In this document: positions 17,763 to 26,947 of the stretch, piece after piece
Layout of the letters: each line of letters begins with the position of its first letter
Position numbering within the stretch: the stretch's first letter is position 1
DNA from: Opitutales bacterium
Lineage (GTDB): Bacteria > Verrucomicrobiota > Verrucomicrobiia > Opitutales > JABSRG01
Assembly (NCBI GenBank): GCA_049599475.1
Contig: JBMYOQ010000030.1
Location: 1-46,873, forward strand
DNA length: 46,873 nt
Direction: 5' to 3'
The notes under the pieces: generated by a model
Told to the model about the DNA's origin: nothing
The model's database searches: none
Seen by the model: the letters and a program-made list of their open reading frames with translations, nothing else
Position numbers and translations under genes: made by a program

Positions 17763-19625
17763 CTAGCTTTGCTTATCGATCCAGCGTTCGATCTTTTTGA
17801 TTGTCCAATCTTCGGTAACACCATCGATGTTGGTCGTCGCGGATTCGCCTTCTTTTTTGTAGAGGACTGCTTTTCCGAGAGGTGTCTTGTAAGAAAGAAT
17901 ATCGTTTTCTGGATCTGAATCCCACGCTCCGAGGAAGGAGTAAACAACCTCACGCTGGGTTGAGCCTTCGATGAGTGTGACGATTGAGCCAACACCGATG
18001 CTGTCGGTGGGAGTGTCTGTGAAGTCGGTAACGCGAGCGCGTCCAAGATCTGCCTCCAAGAGAGCCTTGCGGGCCATGAGCGTGTCTTGGTCCTGACGTG
18101 CCATCTTGTATTCCGAGTTTTCCTTCAAGTCACCGTGCTCGCGAGCAGTCGCGATCGCTTCCTTGTTCTCAGGAATTTTGACTTGGATGAGGTCGTCGAG
18201 TTCGGCCTTCGCCTTGTCGAAGCTAACCTTGGATACGATGAGGACATCTTGCTCCTTGGCTTCTACCTCACCTGCAATGAGTGATTGCAGAGATGGGTGC
18301 ACCTTGATGAAGCGTGCGAAGAGTGATTTCTTAGAAAGCTCTTCGAAGCCTTGGTTCATCAGAAGGGTTTGTCCGAGGTCGCGTGCGATTTCTACGTTTG
18401 CATCGCGGAGGAGGTCTGGGATGAATTCAGCATCGTCGCCGATAAGTTCGGCAAGAGGGATGCGGCGGTTGCCAGACATCTGAAGGGCTTCGTTGTCGAT
18501 CGCGTCAAACACAGCTTTCAAGAAACCAGGCTCCATGAGGGGATCGATGGTCTTGATGTATTTGCGTGAGTTGCGGTTCTTGACGATCCAGAAGAGAACG
18601 GGCGCCTTGATGGTCTTTTCGTTCAACCAGTTGCGGAAGCACTTACCGACTGTGGCTTCTTGTTCGCGCTCGAAAAGGAAGTTCACACATTCGTTAGTGA
18701 ATTTACCCTCACTGTTAGCGAGAAGGCCTTCGACGATTTCCACCCAATTCTCTGGGAAGGTGCGGGAAATCAGATCGAGGAAACGCTTGTAATACTGGTG
18801 AGGCAGGTCTACCGCGAGTTGAGAAAGATCGTCGCATGCCTCGAGGATTGAACCAGAAGTTGGGATCAAGGTCTCGACGTCCTCGTGGAGGTCGCGAGCC
18901 AAATTGTTCCGCACCCAAACACCGTAAAGGCGGTCAGCCATGGTGAGGTTCTTAGATTCCTGGATGGTTCTGGTGAGATCTTCGAGAATGCCAGGAAGCT
19001 CGTCCTTGAGCTCAGGCTTACCATCGGCCATGATGAACAGCTCATCTGCATAAAGAATCTTTTGCTTCGGATTCTTTGTGCCATTGAACTTTTCGAGGAT
19101 TTCGATCTCAGGGCGAACTGGCTCGTCGCGCAGGAAGTAAGGCTCAGTCTTTTTGACTGGGACTCCGATGCGTGGGTCCTTTTGGAGAAGTTTCTTCGTA
19201 GCGGTCCACCATTTCTTGTATTTGATGGGTCCGATCACGCGGGCCAAGATGCGCTCGATTTCACCGATGGAAGCCGAGTGGCTCTCATTTGCGGTAAGAA
19301 TCTTAATTATGAGCTCAACCGGTTCTTCTTTCAAAAGACGGGTAATCTCATTGGGAGCGGTGTGCTTGAGAACTAGAAGGTCGCCGTCGTCGAGAATATC
19401 TAATTTATCGACACAAAAAGCGAGGTCCATGGAATGTCCGGTCTTGCCTTCTTCAATAAAATCGATGATCAGGCGTGTGTTTTCCGAATCGTAATCCGTG
19501 ATACGGCCAAATCCCCAGCTGCGGTGCAGGCAGTATTTGCCGGGTTGCATGACCTCTAGTTTCTTTCGAGCCCCCTTAAGTTTGGGCTTCTTTTTGATTA
19601 AGGTATCAATGACCTCAGCATTCAT
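17763..19625 (-). CDS. greA: Transcription elongation factor GreA, long form with a ~460-aa N-terminal extension
   Basis: C-terminal AIATAREHGDLKENSEYKMAR and SYKTPLGKAVL Gre motifs. Confidence 0.9.
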   Translation of the reverse strand: MNAEVIDTLIKKKPKLKGARKKLEVMQPGKYCLHRSWGFGRITDYDSENTRLIIDFIEEGKTGHSMDLAFCVDKLDILDDGDLLVLKHTAPNEITRLLKEEPVELIIKILTANESHSASIGEIERILARVIGPIKYKKWWTATKKLLQKDPRIGVPVKKTEPYFLRDEPVRPEIEILEKFNGTKNPKQKILYADELFIMADGKPELKDELPGILEDLTRTIQESKNLTMADRLYGVWVRNNLARDLHEDVETLIPTSGSILEACDDLSQLAVDLPHQYYKRFLDLISRTFPENWVEIVEGLLANSEGKFTNECVNFLFEREQEATVGKCFRNWLNEKTIKAPVLFWIVKNRNSRKYIKTIDPLMEPGFLKAVFDAIDNEALQMSGNRRIPLAELIGDDAEFIPDLLRDANVEIARDLGQTLLMNQGFEELSKKSLFARFIKVHPSLQSLIAGEVEAKEQDVLIVSKVSFDKAKAELDDLIQVKIPENKEAIATAREHGDLKENSEYKMARQDQDTLMARKALLEADLGRARVTDFTDTPTDSIGVGSIVTLIEGSTQREVVYSFLGAWDSDPENDILSYKTPLGKAVLYKKEGESATTNIDGVTEDWTIKKIERWIDKQS

Positions 19626-19681
19626 GATAAATATTAATGGGCTTCCGGTAACGCGGAGCCTACGTTGTCTAGGTTTTTTGG

Positions 19682-20998
19682 ATGAAGCTTAGGATAGATC
19701 GTAAAGAAGAGGCGAGTGGATGGTGGAATGCGGTCCGCCTCATCAGTGAATTTAGTGTGGCCCCGGCGAAAGCTGAAAACTTTCTGCGTAGGGCACAAAG
19801 TTTAAGTAATGTACAGCAGAAACAGGTTTGCCAACATCTTTTTTTGGGGGCGATCCGGCACCACCTGCTCTTGAATTGGCTTCTACGGCAGACAGTTAAG
19901 CGCGATCCGCGGCCAATGTTGAAGGCAGTCTTGCATGTCGCGGGGTTCGAATTGGTCAATACGCTGGAGCGCGGTGAGTCCGAAGCACCGTGTATTCACT
20001 TCGCGGTCGGGCAGACCAAAAAGCGCATGAGTCCAGGGGAAGCGAGTCTGGTAAATGCGGTTTTGAGAAAGTGGGTGAAGCTCATCGGCTCTCGGAAACA
20101 TGCCGCTGAGGACGACGACCCAAAGGCAATGTCGCTCTATTTTAGCCACCCCGAATGGCTCGTGAAGCGTTGGGTGTCGGCCTGGGGATTTCAAGATACG
20201 CGCAAACTGTTGAGGTATAATCAGACTCCAGCTTCTGTATACGTGCGTGCGTTTACTGAAATTCCTGAGCGGGACCAGCCCTCTCTGGCACAGACTGATC
20301 TACCCGAGTTTTTCAAGTATACAGGACATCAATGGGATTCGGTCCAATGGCTCCTCGATCGTGGGCGGGTGATCGTGCAGGATCCGGCGACCCGTCTCGC
20401 TACAGATGCTATCGATCCTCAGGCCGGGGACGTAATTCTCGACCTCTGTGCTGCGCCGGGCGGAAAATCGCTCAATATGGCGGCTCGTGTAGGCGCCGAA
20501 GGCCGCGTCTACGGGATGGATCAAGGCCGCGACAAGATTGGTGCGCGCTATTTTCAATGGGAAACGAATGTCTCGCGCGCCCTGCATCAAAACGTTGCAA
20601 TTTTCGAGGCGGATATTCTTGAGATCACCGATGCGTCTTTGGCAAAAGCGAGTTATCCGACACAGTACGATAAGGTGCTGCTGGATGCCCCCTGCTCGAA
20701 CACTGGTGTTCTTAACCGGAAGCCAGATGCTCGATTGCGTTTATCGCCCGACCAGATTTCGAACGTCGTCCCCCTGCAACAGCAGCTCTTAGCGCGTGCA
20801 GCAACCTGGGTAAAACCGGGAGGCGTCCTCGTCTATTCGACCTGTAGTCTGGAGAAAGAGGAAAACGAGGACGTGGTCTCTGCGTTTCTAGAGTCTGAAG
20901 CCGGCAGCGAGTGGACACTAGAGTCTCAGTGTGCGTCGCTGCCGTTTAGAGACGGTTTCGACGGTGCAGGTGTGGCAAAATTGCGGAGATCTGAATAG
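19682..20998 (+). CDS. rsmB: RsmB/NOL1/NOP2/Sun RNA m5C methyltransferase with a NusB-like N-terminus
   Basis: LVNAVLRK, SHPEWLV, LDLCAAPGGKS, VLLDAPCSNTG, LVYSTCS, EENE. Confidence 0.9.
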   Translation: MKLRIDRKEEASGWWNAVRLISEFSVAPAKAENFLRRAQSLSNVQQKQVCQHLFLGAIRHHLLLNWLLRQTVKRDPRPMLKAVLHVAGFELVNTLERGESEAPCIHFAVGQTKKRMSPGEASLVNAVLRKWVKLIGSRKHAAEDDDPKAMSLYFSHPEWLVKRWVSAWGFQDTRKLLRYNQTPASVYVRAFTEIPERDQPSLAQTDLPEFFKYTGHQWDSVQWLLDRGRVIVQDPATRLATDAIDPQAGDVILDLCAAPGGKSLNMAARVGAEGRVYGMDQGRDKIGARYFQWETNVSRALHQNVAIFEADILEITDASLAKASYPTQYDKVLLDAPCSNTGVLNRKPDARLRLSPDQISNVVPLQQQLLARAATWVKPGGVLVYSTCSLEKEENEDVVSAFLESEAGSEWTLESQCASLPFRDGFDGAGVAKLRRSE

Positions 20999-21049
20999 GT
21001 AGCAGGCCGCTGGCGTGCTAGAAAAAACGTCTTTTCTATATGAGACGTA

Positions 21050-21937
21050 CTAAATTTCTATATCGAAGGGGGCGAAGATGTCTTTGCCGTCGATGCGGAC
21101 TTGGGCGTAGAGGCGGTAGTGGCCCGCATTGGGTAGATTGACTAGGAACTGAAGTTGTCCGTCGGCATCGGTGCTTGCGAAGGGAAATTCTACGGGGTGC
21201 ATGTGCTTGTAGCCGTTGCGATCAGTGTCGAAGGCAACCATGTGGCCGTAGGCTCCCATAACCAGCTCGAGCTCAACATCGGAGCCATCTGCGCGCTCAA
21301 TAGAAATGCCGACGGGGATGTCTCGGCCTTTGCGGAGTTCTTCAGTGTTTAGATTGAAGACTAAATCTTCGACCTGGGATTCGAAACGCGGGGATGTCTC
21401 GGCGGGGGCCGTTTCCCCATTCACTTGAATTGAGCCCAAGGCAACGACTTGACGTTTGGTGCGCACGGGGACCATTTCCGCAAAAACGCGATACTCGCCA
21501 GCTTCAGTCGGCGTGAATTCGAAGCTGAATTCATTGCTCGCCCCATCTGCGACTGGGTGGACGTGATGGTAATCATCCAAGCTTGGGTCGATGATCATCA
21601 CATGCATGCGCTCGGTATGCGTGATCGCGAGGTCGTGGGGAAAAATACTTTGGCCTCCGTCGGTCTCGAACTTGAGATGAATGGTCGCGGGATTACCGGG
21701 GGTGAGCCCTTCCGCCTTGCCTGGATCGATTTCCATGGTGAGCGGATAGCGGATTTTAGTGAGATCGATCCAGCCCGCGTGATTGGTGGCGCTGCAGACC
21801 TCAGTTCCGTCCGCGAGGACCTCGGTTACCTCATAGTGCAAGAAATCGCATTCAGAGTTGGGGATGTTGCGCAGGCCGAAATAGATGGCGACGAACAGTG
21901 CTGTGATAGCGGTAATCTGGATCGAGGATTTGCTCAT
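21050..21937 (-). CDS. Membrane-anchored His/Met-motif protein, putative copper-binding
   Basis: N-terminal TM anchor and two internal repeats with HTERMHVMII...YHHVHP and MGAYGHMVAF...YKHMHP. Follows the sco gene by 16 bp. Confidence 0.7.
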   Translation of the reverse strand: MSKSSIQITAITALFVAIYFGLRNIPNSECDFLHYEVTEVLADGTEVCSATNHAGWIDLTKIRYPLTMEIDPGKAEGLTPGNPATIHLKFETDGGQSIFPHDLAITHTERMHVMIIDPSLDDYHHVHPVADGASNEFSFEFTPTEAGEYRVFAEMVPVRTKRQVVALGSIQVNGETAPAETSPRFESQVEDLVFNLNTEELRKGRDIPVGISIERADGSDVELELVMGAYGHMVAFDTDRNGYKHMHPVEFPFASTDADGQLQFLVNLPNAGHYRLYAQVRIDGKDIFAPFDIEI

Positions 21938-21953
21938 ATTCGCGTGCTTCTAA

Positions 21954-22823
21954 CTAAGATTGCGCTTCTTCGAGCTTTTTCAAGAACTCGGTGACACTCC
22001 AGCGCGAGCCGCTCTTGCGATAGAGAATCTTACCTTTTGGGCTCACGAGGATGGTGCCCATGGTATGGTCGATTGTGCCGTCGGCCTTATAAGCCACGAT
22101 ACCGAACTGTCGGTAGAGGTCTTCCATCGCGGGCTTGGGTGCAGTGAGAAGGGTGAAATTTGCCAGGTCGAGTCCGCGCGTTTCTGCGTAATCACGCAAG
22201 ACGCCGGGGGAGTCGTATTCTGGGTCGAGCGTGAACGAGACGAGTTCGACCTCATCGGATTTCTCGGCGCGAGCGAGTTCGCGCTGTAGGCGTGCCATAC
22301 GCATGGTCTGCGCTGGGCACATGTCTGGAGTGGGGCAGCGTGTGAAAATGAAATTGATGATCATGAACTTGCCTCGGAAATCCTTATCGGTGACGACCGT
22401 GCCCTCTTCGTTCCAAGCTCCGAATTCGGGAATGAAATCGTCTTCAAGGCGGAAAACTCTGCGGCCGCGCTCTACGGTATCCCGGCGCAAGTTGGCATTT
22501 GTCTGCTCAAGTCTTGCGATAGAGAGTGGTTCCTGCGGGTAGATGTTGTGCAGGAGCATGGAACCGTCTGCGCGTTCGGAAAGCGTCGCGTGGACAGTTT
22601 TCCCGGTGTAGTCGTTGGCATAGTCACCTGGATTGACGACAACTGTTATGTTATCACCCGCGACTGTCGCTCCGCCCTCTGAGACAGGGGCGACCGCGTA
22701 GGAAGTCGTGTCGGGTATGCGTTCGTTTACCTGAAATAGCCCAGTCGTTCCGGCGTGTGCCGCAGCGGAAAAGGTCAATACCCCGGCGATTATGGGAGCT
22801 AAAATAGGGTGAAAAAGGCGCAT
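21954..22823 (-). CDS. SCO1/SenC-family copper chaperone with an N-terminal extra domain
   Basis: Signal peptide, INFIFTRCPTPDMCP, SFTLDPEYDSP and the conserved His in IDHT. Confidence 0.9.
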   Translation of the reverse strand: MRLFHPILAPIIAGVLTFSAAAHAGTTGLFQVNERIPDTTSYAVAPVSEGGATVAGDNITVVVNPGDYANDYTGKTVHATLSERADGSMLLHNIYPQEPLSIARLEQTNANLRRDTVERGRRVFRLEDDFIPEFGAWNEEGTVVTDKDFRGKFMIINFIFTRCPTPDMCPAQTMRMARLQRELARAEKSDEVELVSFTLDPEYDSPGVLRDYAETRGLDLANFTLLTAPKPAMEDLYRQFGIVAYKADGTIDHTMGTILVSPKGKILYRKSGSRWSVTEFLKKLEEAQS

Positions 22824-22850
22824 TGGGAAAAGATTCTGATTTTGTTTAGC

Positions 22851-22870
22851 GTGTCAAAGCTTGGTGACAC
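22851..22870. promoter_or_regulatory. Palindrome GTGTCA-N8-TGACAC in the divergent sco/ctaA promoter region
   Basis: Perfect 6-bp inverted repeat. It overlaps a TTGACA on the minus strand (22852-22857) upstream of sco. Confidence 0.35.
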
Positions 22871-22992
22871 TTGAGCTGCCCGAGGGTTCGCGTTGCGAAT
22901 AGCTTAAAGATGTCTTTATAATCCCTATTAGTCCTCGTGATTATAGCACATCCAGGATTGAAGGTTTGGGGAGATTTGTTTTTAGGTAAAGG

Positions 22993-24048
22993 GTGCTCTT
23001 GTCTTTATATCGCTCTCTTAAGACACGCTCTGACGACTTTAGGCCGGGACTTTTCGCGTTCTCGTGCTTTGCCGCAGTGTGGTCGGTTCTGTTGCTTTAC
23101 GCGGGCGGTTTCACTACTAGTATAGATGCGGGTATGGCCTTCCTTGATTGGCCGTTGTCGAATGGTTCGATCAATCCCGATGGCTGGCTGACGGAATCGG
23201 ACAAACTGGCGGAGCACAGCCATCGATTGATGGGAGCGAAGCTTGGGTTTTTGGCTATTATCTCCATGCTCTGGCACTTTTTTAGGGAGAGTCGCAAGCG
23301 TGTGCGGCTTCTGAGCTATGCCCTGTTTTGGCTGGTGGTTTCCCAGGGATTGCTGGGAGGGCTTCGCGTGATGCTTGACCAGTTGAACACTGGATTCGAC
23401 TCGAATGTCGTGGCGCGGTCCTTCGCAGTAGCCCACGCTTGTGGAGCTCAGTTGGTGTTTTGCACGCTGATCGCGATCGCAATCTTGCACAGTCCGTTTT
23501 GGCTAAAGCGCGAAAACGACCAGGCTATCGATTATGGGAAGGCACGGATTTGGGGCTGGTGCGCCGTGGTTACGCTCTTCCTGCAAATTCTTGTTGGGGC
23601 GGTCATGCGCCACAGTCACGCGGGACTCGCCATCCCGACCTTTCCCTTGGCGAGCGAGAATTCGCTGTTACCTCCGTTTTGGAGTTTTCCCATCGGAATC
23701 CATTTTGCTCATCGCGTCGGAGCGGTGATTGCGAGCGTCGCTTTGATCGGTTTCGTTGTCTCGATTTTTAAAAATCCAGCCCTGCGTTCGCGCTTATCGG
23801 GCAATGCGGTTGCTGTCGTTGTTATCCTGGCTCTTCAGATTTACCTGGGCGCTCTGACCATTTGGACCGTGAAAAATCCGCATGCTGCGACAATGCACAT
23901 GCTTGTTGGAGCATTTCTGATGGGTTCCACGTGGATGTTAGTTTTTCGCTTATATCGTTACAAATTAACGACTTCCTATGCAGAAGGGGCTCGACAATCG
24001 ACCGGCTTGACGCCTTCTTCCGCATCCAGCGAAACTGCAAGTCTCTGA
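22993..24048 (+). CDS. ctaA: Heme A synthase (COX15/CtaA)
   Basis: DWPLSNG, EHSHRL, QGLLGGLRV, HFAHR, QIYLGAL, HMLVGA; about 8 TM helices. Confidence 0.92.
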   Translation: MLLSLYRSLKTRSDDFRPGLFAFSCFAAVWSVLLLYAGGFTTSIDAGMAFLDWPLSNGSINPDGWLTESDKLAEHSHRLMGAKLGFLAIISMLWHFFRESRKRVRLLSYALFWLVVSQGLLGGLRVMLDQLNTGFDSNVVARSFAVAHACGAQLVFCTLIAIAILHSPFWLKRENDQAIDYGKARIWGWCAVVTLFLQILVGAVMRHSHAGLAIPTFPLASENSLLPPFWSFPIGIHFAHRVGAVIASVALIGFVVSIFKNPALRSRLSGNAVAVVVILALQIYLGALTIWTVKNPHAATMHMLVGAFLMGSTWMLVFRLYRYKLTTSYAEGARQSTGLTPSSASSETASL

Positions 24049-24070
24049 AAACCTCGTTTTGCCCGCTCTC

Positions 24071-24997
24071 ATGAGTCGTCTCACTCCTCAAGCATCTGAA
24101 ATTGCATACTCGACTGATTCCAGTCTCGAGCGTTCGCACCTAGGCTTGTATCTGGAATTGACCAAGCCGCGCTTGAGCATGATGTCGGTGATCACCGCCA
24201 TCGTGGGTTATATGCTCGCGGATCCGACCCACAGCTGGTCGGCGATCTTCGGCCTTATCGTCGGAACGACGATGGCTGCCGGGGGGGCTGCAGCGCTCAA
24301 TCAGTGGTGGGAGCGCGAGAGCGATGCGATGATGGTCCGAACACGGGGGCGTCCGATCCCTGCCGGGGCTATTTCACCTGAAGCGGCCCTGTTCTTTGGG
24401 CTGACCCTTAGCTTCCTGGGGACTCTTATTTTATTTTACGCGAACAACCTGCTCGCTGCCTTGCTCGCGTTTGCGACTGTTGCGCTCTACGTGCTCGTTT
24501 ACACGCCCTTGAAACAGGTCTCTTCTTGGAATACGGCTATTGGAGCCATCCCAGGAGCGATTCCGCCGCTCATCGGCTGGGCTGCTGCTGCGGGACGTAT
24601 CGACGTGATGGGTTGGGTCCTGTTTGCTATACTGCTCCTCTGGCAGATCCCACATTTCATGGCGATTGCGTGGACACACCGTGAGGATTACTCGGGCGCC
24701 GGATACCGAATGGTTACGACCGATGAGCCCACTGGTTTTTCTGCTGCGATCCAATCTCTCGTTTGCACGGTCTTGCTGTTTGCGGCCACATTGGTTCCGA
24801 CATTCCTTGGGATTGCGACCTGGGTCTACGGTGCAGTGGCGATCCTTGCCGGGATTCCATTTCTCTACTTTGCGATTACCTTTTTGGTTCAGTCACCGCG
24901 TGATCGTGCTGCGAAGCTCCTGTTCCTTACTTCGATTTCGTATTTGCCACTGATCCTTTCGGCTCTGGTTCTGGATGTTTGGCTTCTAGCGGCGTAA
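24071..24997 (+). CDS. ctaB: Protoheme IX farnesyltransferase (heme O synthase)
   Basis: LTKPR, DAMMVRTRGRPIP, YTPLK, GAIPGAIPPLIGW, WQIPHF. Confidence 0.95.
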   Translation: MSRLTPQASEIAYSTDSSLERSHLGLYLELTKPRLSMMSVITAIVGYMLADPTHSWSAIFGLIVGTTMAAGGAAALNQWWERESDAMMVRTRGRPIPAGAISPEAALFFGLTLSFLGTLILFYANNLLAALLAFATVALYVLVYTPLKQVSSWNTAIGAIPGAIPPLIGWAAAAGRIDVMGWVLFAILLLWQIPHFMAIAWTHREDYSGAGYRMVTTDEPTGFSAAIQSLVCTVLLFAATLVPTFLGIATWVYGAVAILAGIPFLYFAITFLVQSPRDRAAKLLFLTSISYLPLILSALVLDVWLLAA

Positions 24998-25443
24998 TGA
25001 ACTGGCTCGAGACACTCCCTGCTATCAACGCAGGCCTGAATTTCTCGGCAACGGTATGCCTGACCGCGGGATTCGTATTGATCAAGCAGGATAAGCGCTC
25101 TGCGCACCGTGCCTGCATGGTGAGTGCTTTCTTGATCTCAGCGGTTTTCTTGGCGCTCTACCTGACGCACAAGGCCCTGAAAGCCAATGCTGGGGTGGAC
25201 GTGAATACGAAGTTCGCTGGAGAGGGAATTTGGCCATGGGTCTATTACCCTATGCTCATTTCGCACGTATTATTATCTGTGGTGATGCTTCCCATGATCT
25301 TCCGCACCTTCTTTCTGGCCTTCAAAGAACGCTTTGAATCCCACCGTAAGTGGGCTCGGATAACATTCCCAATTTGGTATTACGTCAGTGTGACTGGTGT
25401 TTTGGTCTATTTCTTTCTCTATCAATGGTTTCCAGCTTCCTAA
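24997..25443 (+). CDS. DUF420-family membrane protein (oxidase assembly associated)
   Basis: LPAINAGLN, HRACM, LISHVLLS, HRKWAR...WYYVSVTG. The ATG overlaps the ctaB stop (TAATG). Confidence 0.88.
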   Translation: MNWLETLPAINAGLNFSATVCLTAGFVLIKQDKRSAHRACMVSAFLISAVFLALYLTHKALKANAGVDVNTKFAGEGIWPWVYYPMLISHVLLSVVMLPMIFRTFFLAFKERFESHRKWARITFPIWYYVSVTGVLVYFFLYQWFPAS

Positions 25444-25560
25444 CTCTAATAAAGTCTATTTGCCCGCCTAATGGGGCACTTCTCGCGTGATTAGGATGCT
25501 TAATGTGATTTTAAATCAGTGATAGACATCATAATACAAAGCCTTTCCCGTATCCATTCG

Positions 25561-25586
25561 TTGACAAGCTCCGCACCTTCTAGACT
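25561..25586 (+). promoter_or_regulatory. Candidate promoter of the oxidase structural operon
   Basis: TTGACA (25561-25566) and TAGACT (25581-25586) lie upstream of ctaC, but the spacer is only 14 bp. Confidence 0.3.
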
Positions 25587-25627
25587 CTACGCTTTTTGAG
25601 ATTCTGTGCTCAAATTGGATCCTTATC

Positions 25628-26926
25628 ATGAAACGCTCTAGCGATAAATCCATTCTCTCTCGTCTTTCTCTATCCGTAAAACTGTTGGCTAGCTCACTCG
25701 CAGTTATGGCTTTATCCGGCTGCTCGCTCAACGAGTTGCTATTCGAAGGCCGCATGTCCACTTGGGATCCCAAGGGGCCGATTGCTGAGATGCAGCTCGA
25801 AGTCTTCTGGGCCACGATTTGGGTGACGGTTATTCTGTTTTTCCTCGTTGCAGGATCGCTCTTCTACGCAGTGTGGAAGTTCCGCGAGACTCCCGAGAAC
25901 AAAGATGAGCCGATGGCTCCTGTGGGGCATGGTAATCCGCTCATCGAGATCGGGTTGATCGCCGGATCTATTTTGATGCTGGTCTTCATCGCCGTGCCGA
26001 CTGTTAAAGGCATCTGGTACCAGCACTCTTTGCCAGAGGGTAATGAGGAATATGAAGCCCGCTATGGTGACTATGAGAACAACCTTCTCGCGAATTGGTA
26101 TGATGGCGACATCGTTGAGGGCGAAGAAGACGAAGTGCTCACCGTAAAAGCCTATGGCTGGCAATGGTGGTGGTCTTTTGAGTATCCACAGTTGGATGGC
26201 GTGGTCACCGCGAACGAATTGGTCATCCCTAAGGGCAAGGTCGTTAAGATCGAGTTGCGCTCCAAAGATGTGATTCACTCTTTCTGGCTCCCGAAGATCG
26301 CGGGTAAGGTAGACTTGATGCCGGGCCGCGTGAACTGGATGTGGATCCAGGCTGATGAAGAAGGCTACTACTATGGCCAATGTGCTGAGTATTGCGGTGA
26401 CTCACACGCTTACATGCTTTTCCGAGCTGAGGTTGTTGAGCCAGATGCATTCGCAGATTGGATCGATCATCAAAAGCGCGAAATCCCTGCTCCTGAAGGT
26501 TTTGACAGCTGGGGTGCATGGAACGGAGAAGCGTTCAACAATCCTGAGATTGCGACGACAGAATTTCTCAAGGGTGCACTCGCCTACATGCAAAAGGGCA
26601 ACTGCGCAATGTGTCACAACATCAATGGCGTATCCGCAGGTAAGATTGCTCCCGACCTCACTAACGTGAAAGACCGCAAGTCGCTCGCAGCCGGCTGGAT
26701 GGAAAACGTAACAGAGGACGGCGAGGTTGATAAACAGGCACAGTATGATAACTTGGTAGAATGGATTTTCCATTCGGAGAAAGTTAAGCCTGGAAACTTG
26801 ATGTATTACCCCGCGAGCGGTTTGAAAAATATCATTCATCCCGAAGACGAAAACGGCAATCCACTGCCGCCGCGCCTGACGGAAGAAGACGTGAAACATA
26901 TCGCAACCTTCCTGCAGCAAATTTAA
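25628..26926 (+). CDS. ctaC: Cytochrome c oxidase subunit II, caa3 type (lipoprotein, CuA, fused cytochrome c)
   Basis: Lipobox LSGC, QWWWSFEY, DVIHSFW, CuA motif CAEYCGDSHAYM and heme-c motif CAMCH. Confidence 0.96.
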   Translation: MKRSSDKSILSRLSLSVKLLASSLAVMALSGCSLNELLFEGRMSTWDPKGPIAEMQLEVFWATIWVTVILFFLVAGSLFYAVWKFRETPENKDEPMAPVGHGNPLIEIGLIAGSILMLVFIAVPTVKGIWYQHSLPEGNEEYEARYGDYENNLLANWYDGDIVEGEEDEVLTVKAYGWQWWWSFEYPQLDGVVTANELVIPKGKVVKIELRSKDVIHSFWLPKIAGKVDLMPGRVNWMWIQADEEGYYYGQCAEYCGDSHAYMLFRAEVVEPDAFADWIDHQKREIPAPEGFDSWGAWNGEAFNNPEIATTEFLKGALAYMQKGNCAMCHNINGVSAGKIAPDLTNVKDRKSLAAGWMENVTEDGEVDKQAQYDNLVEWIFHSEKVKPGNLMYYPASGLKNIIHPEDENGNPLPPRLTEEDVKHIATFLQQI

Positions 26927-26947
26927 TCGAAGCCACTGACGCCGCAT

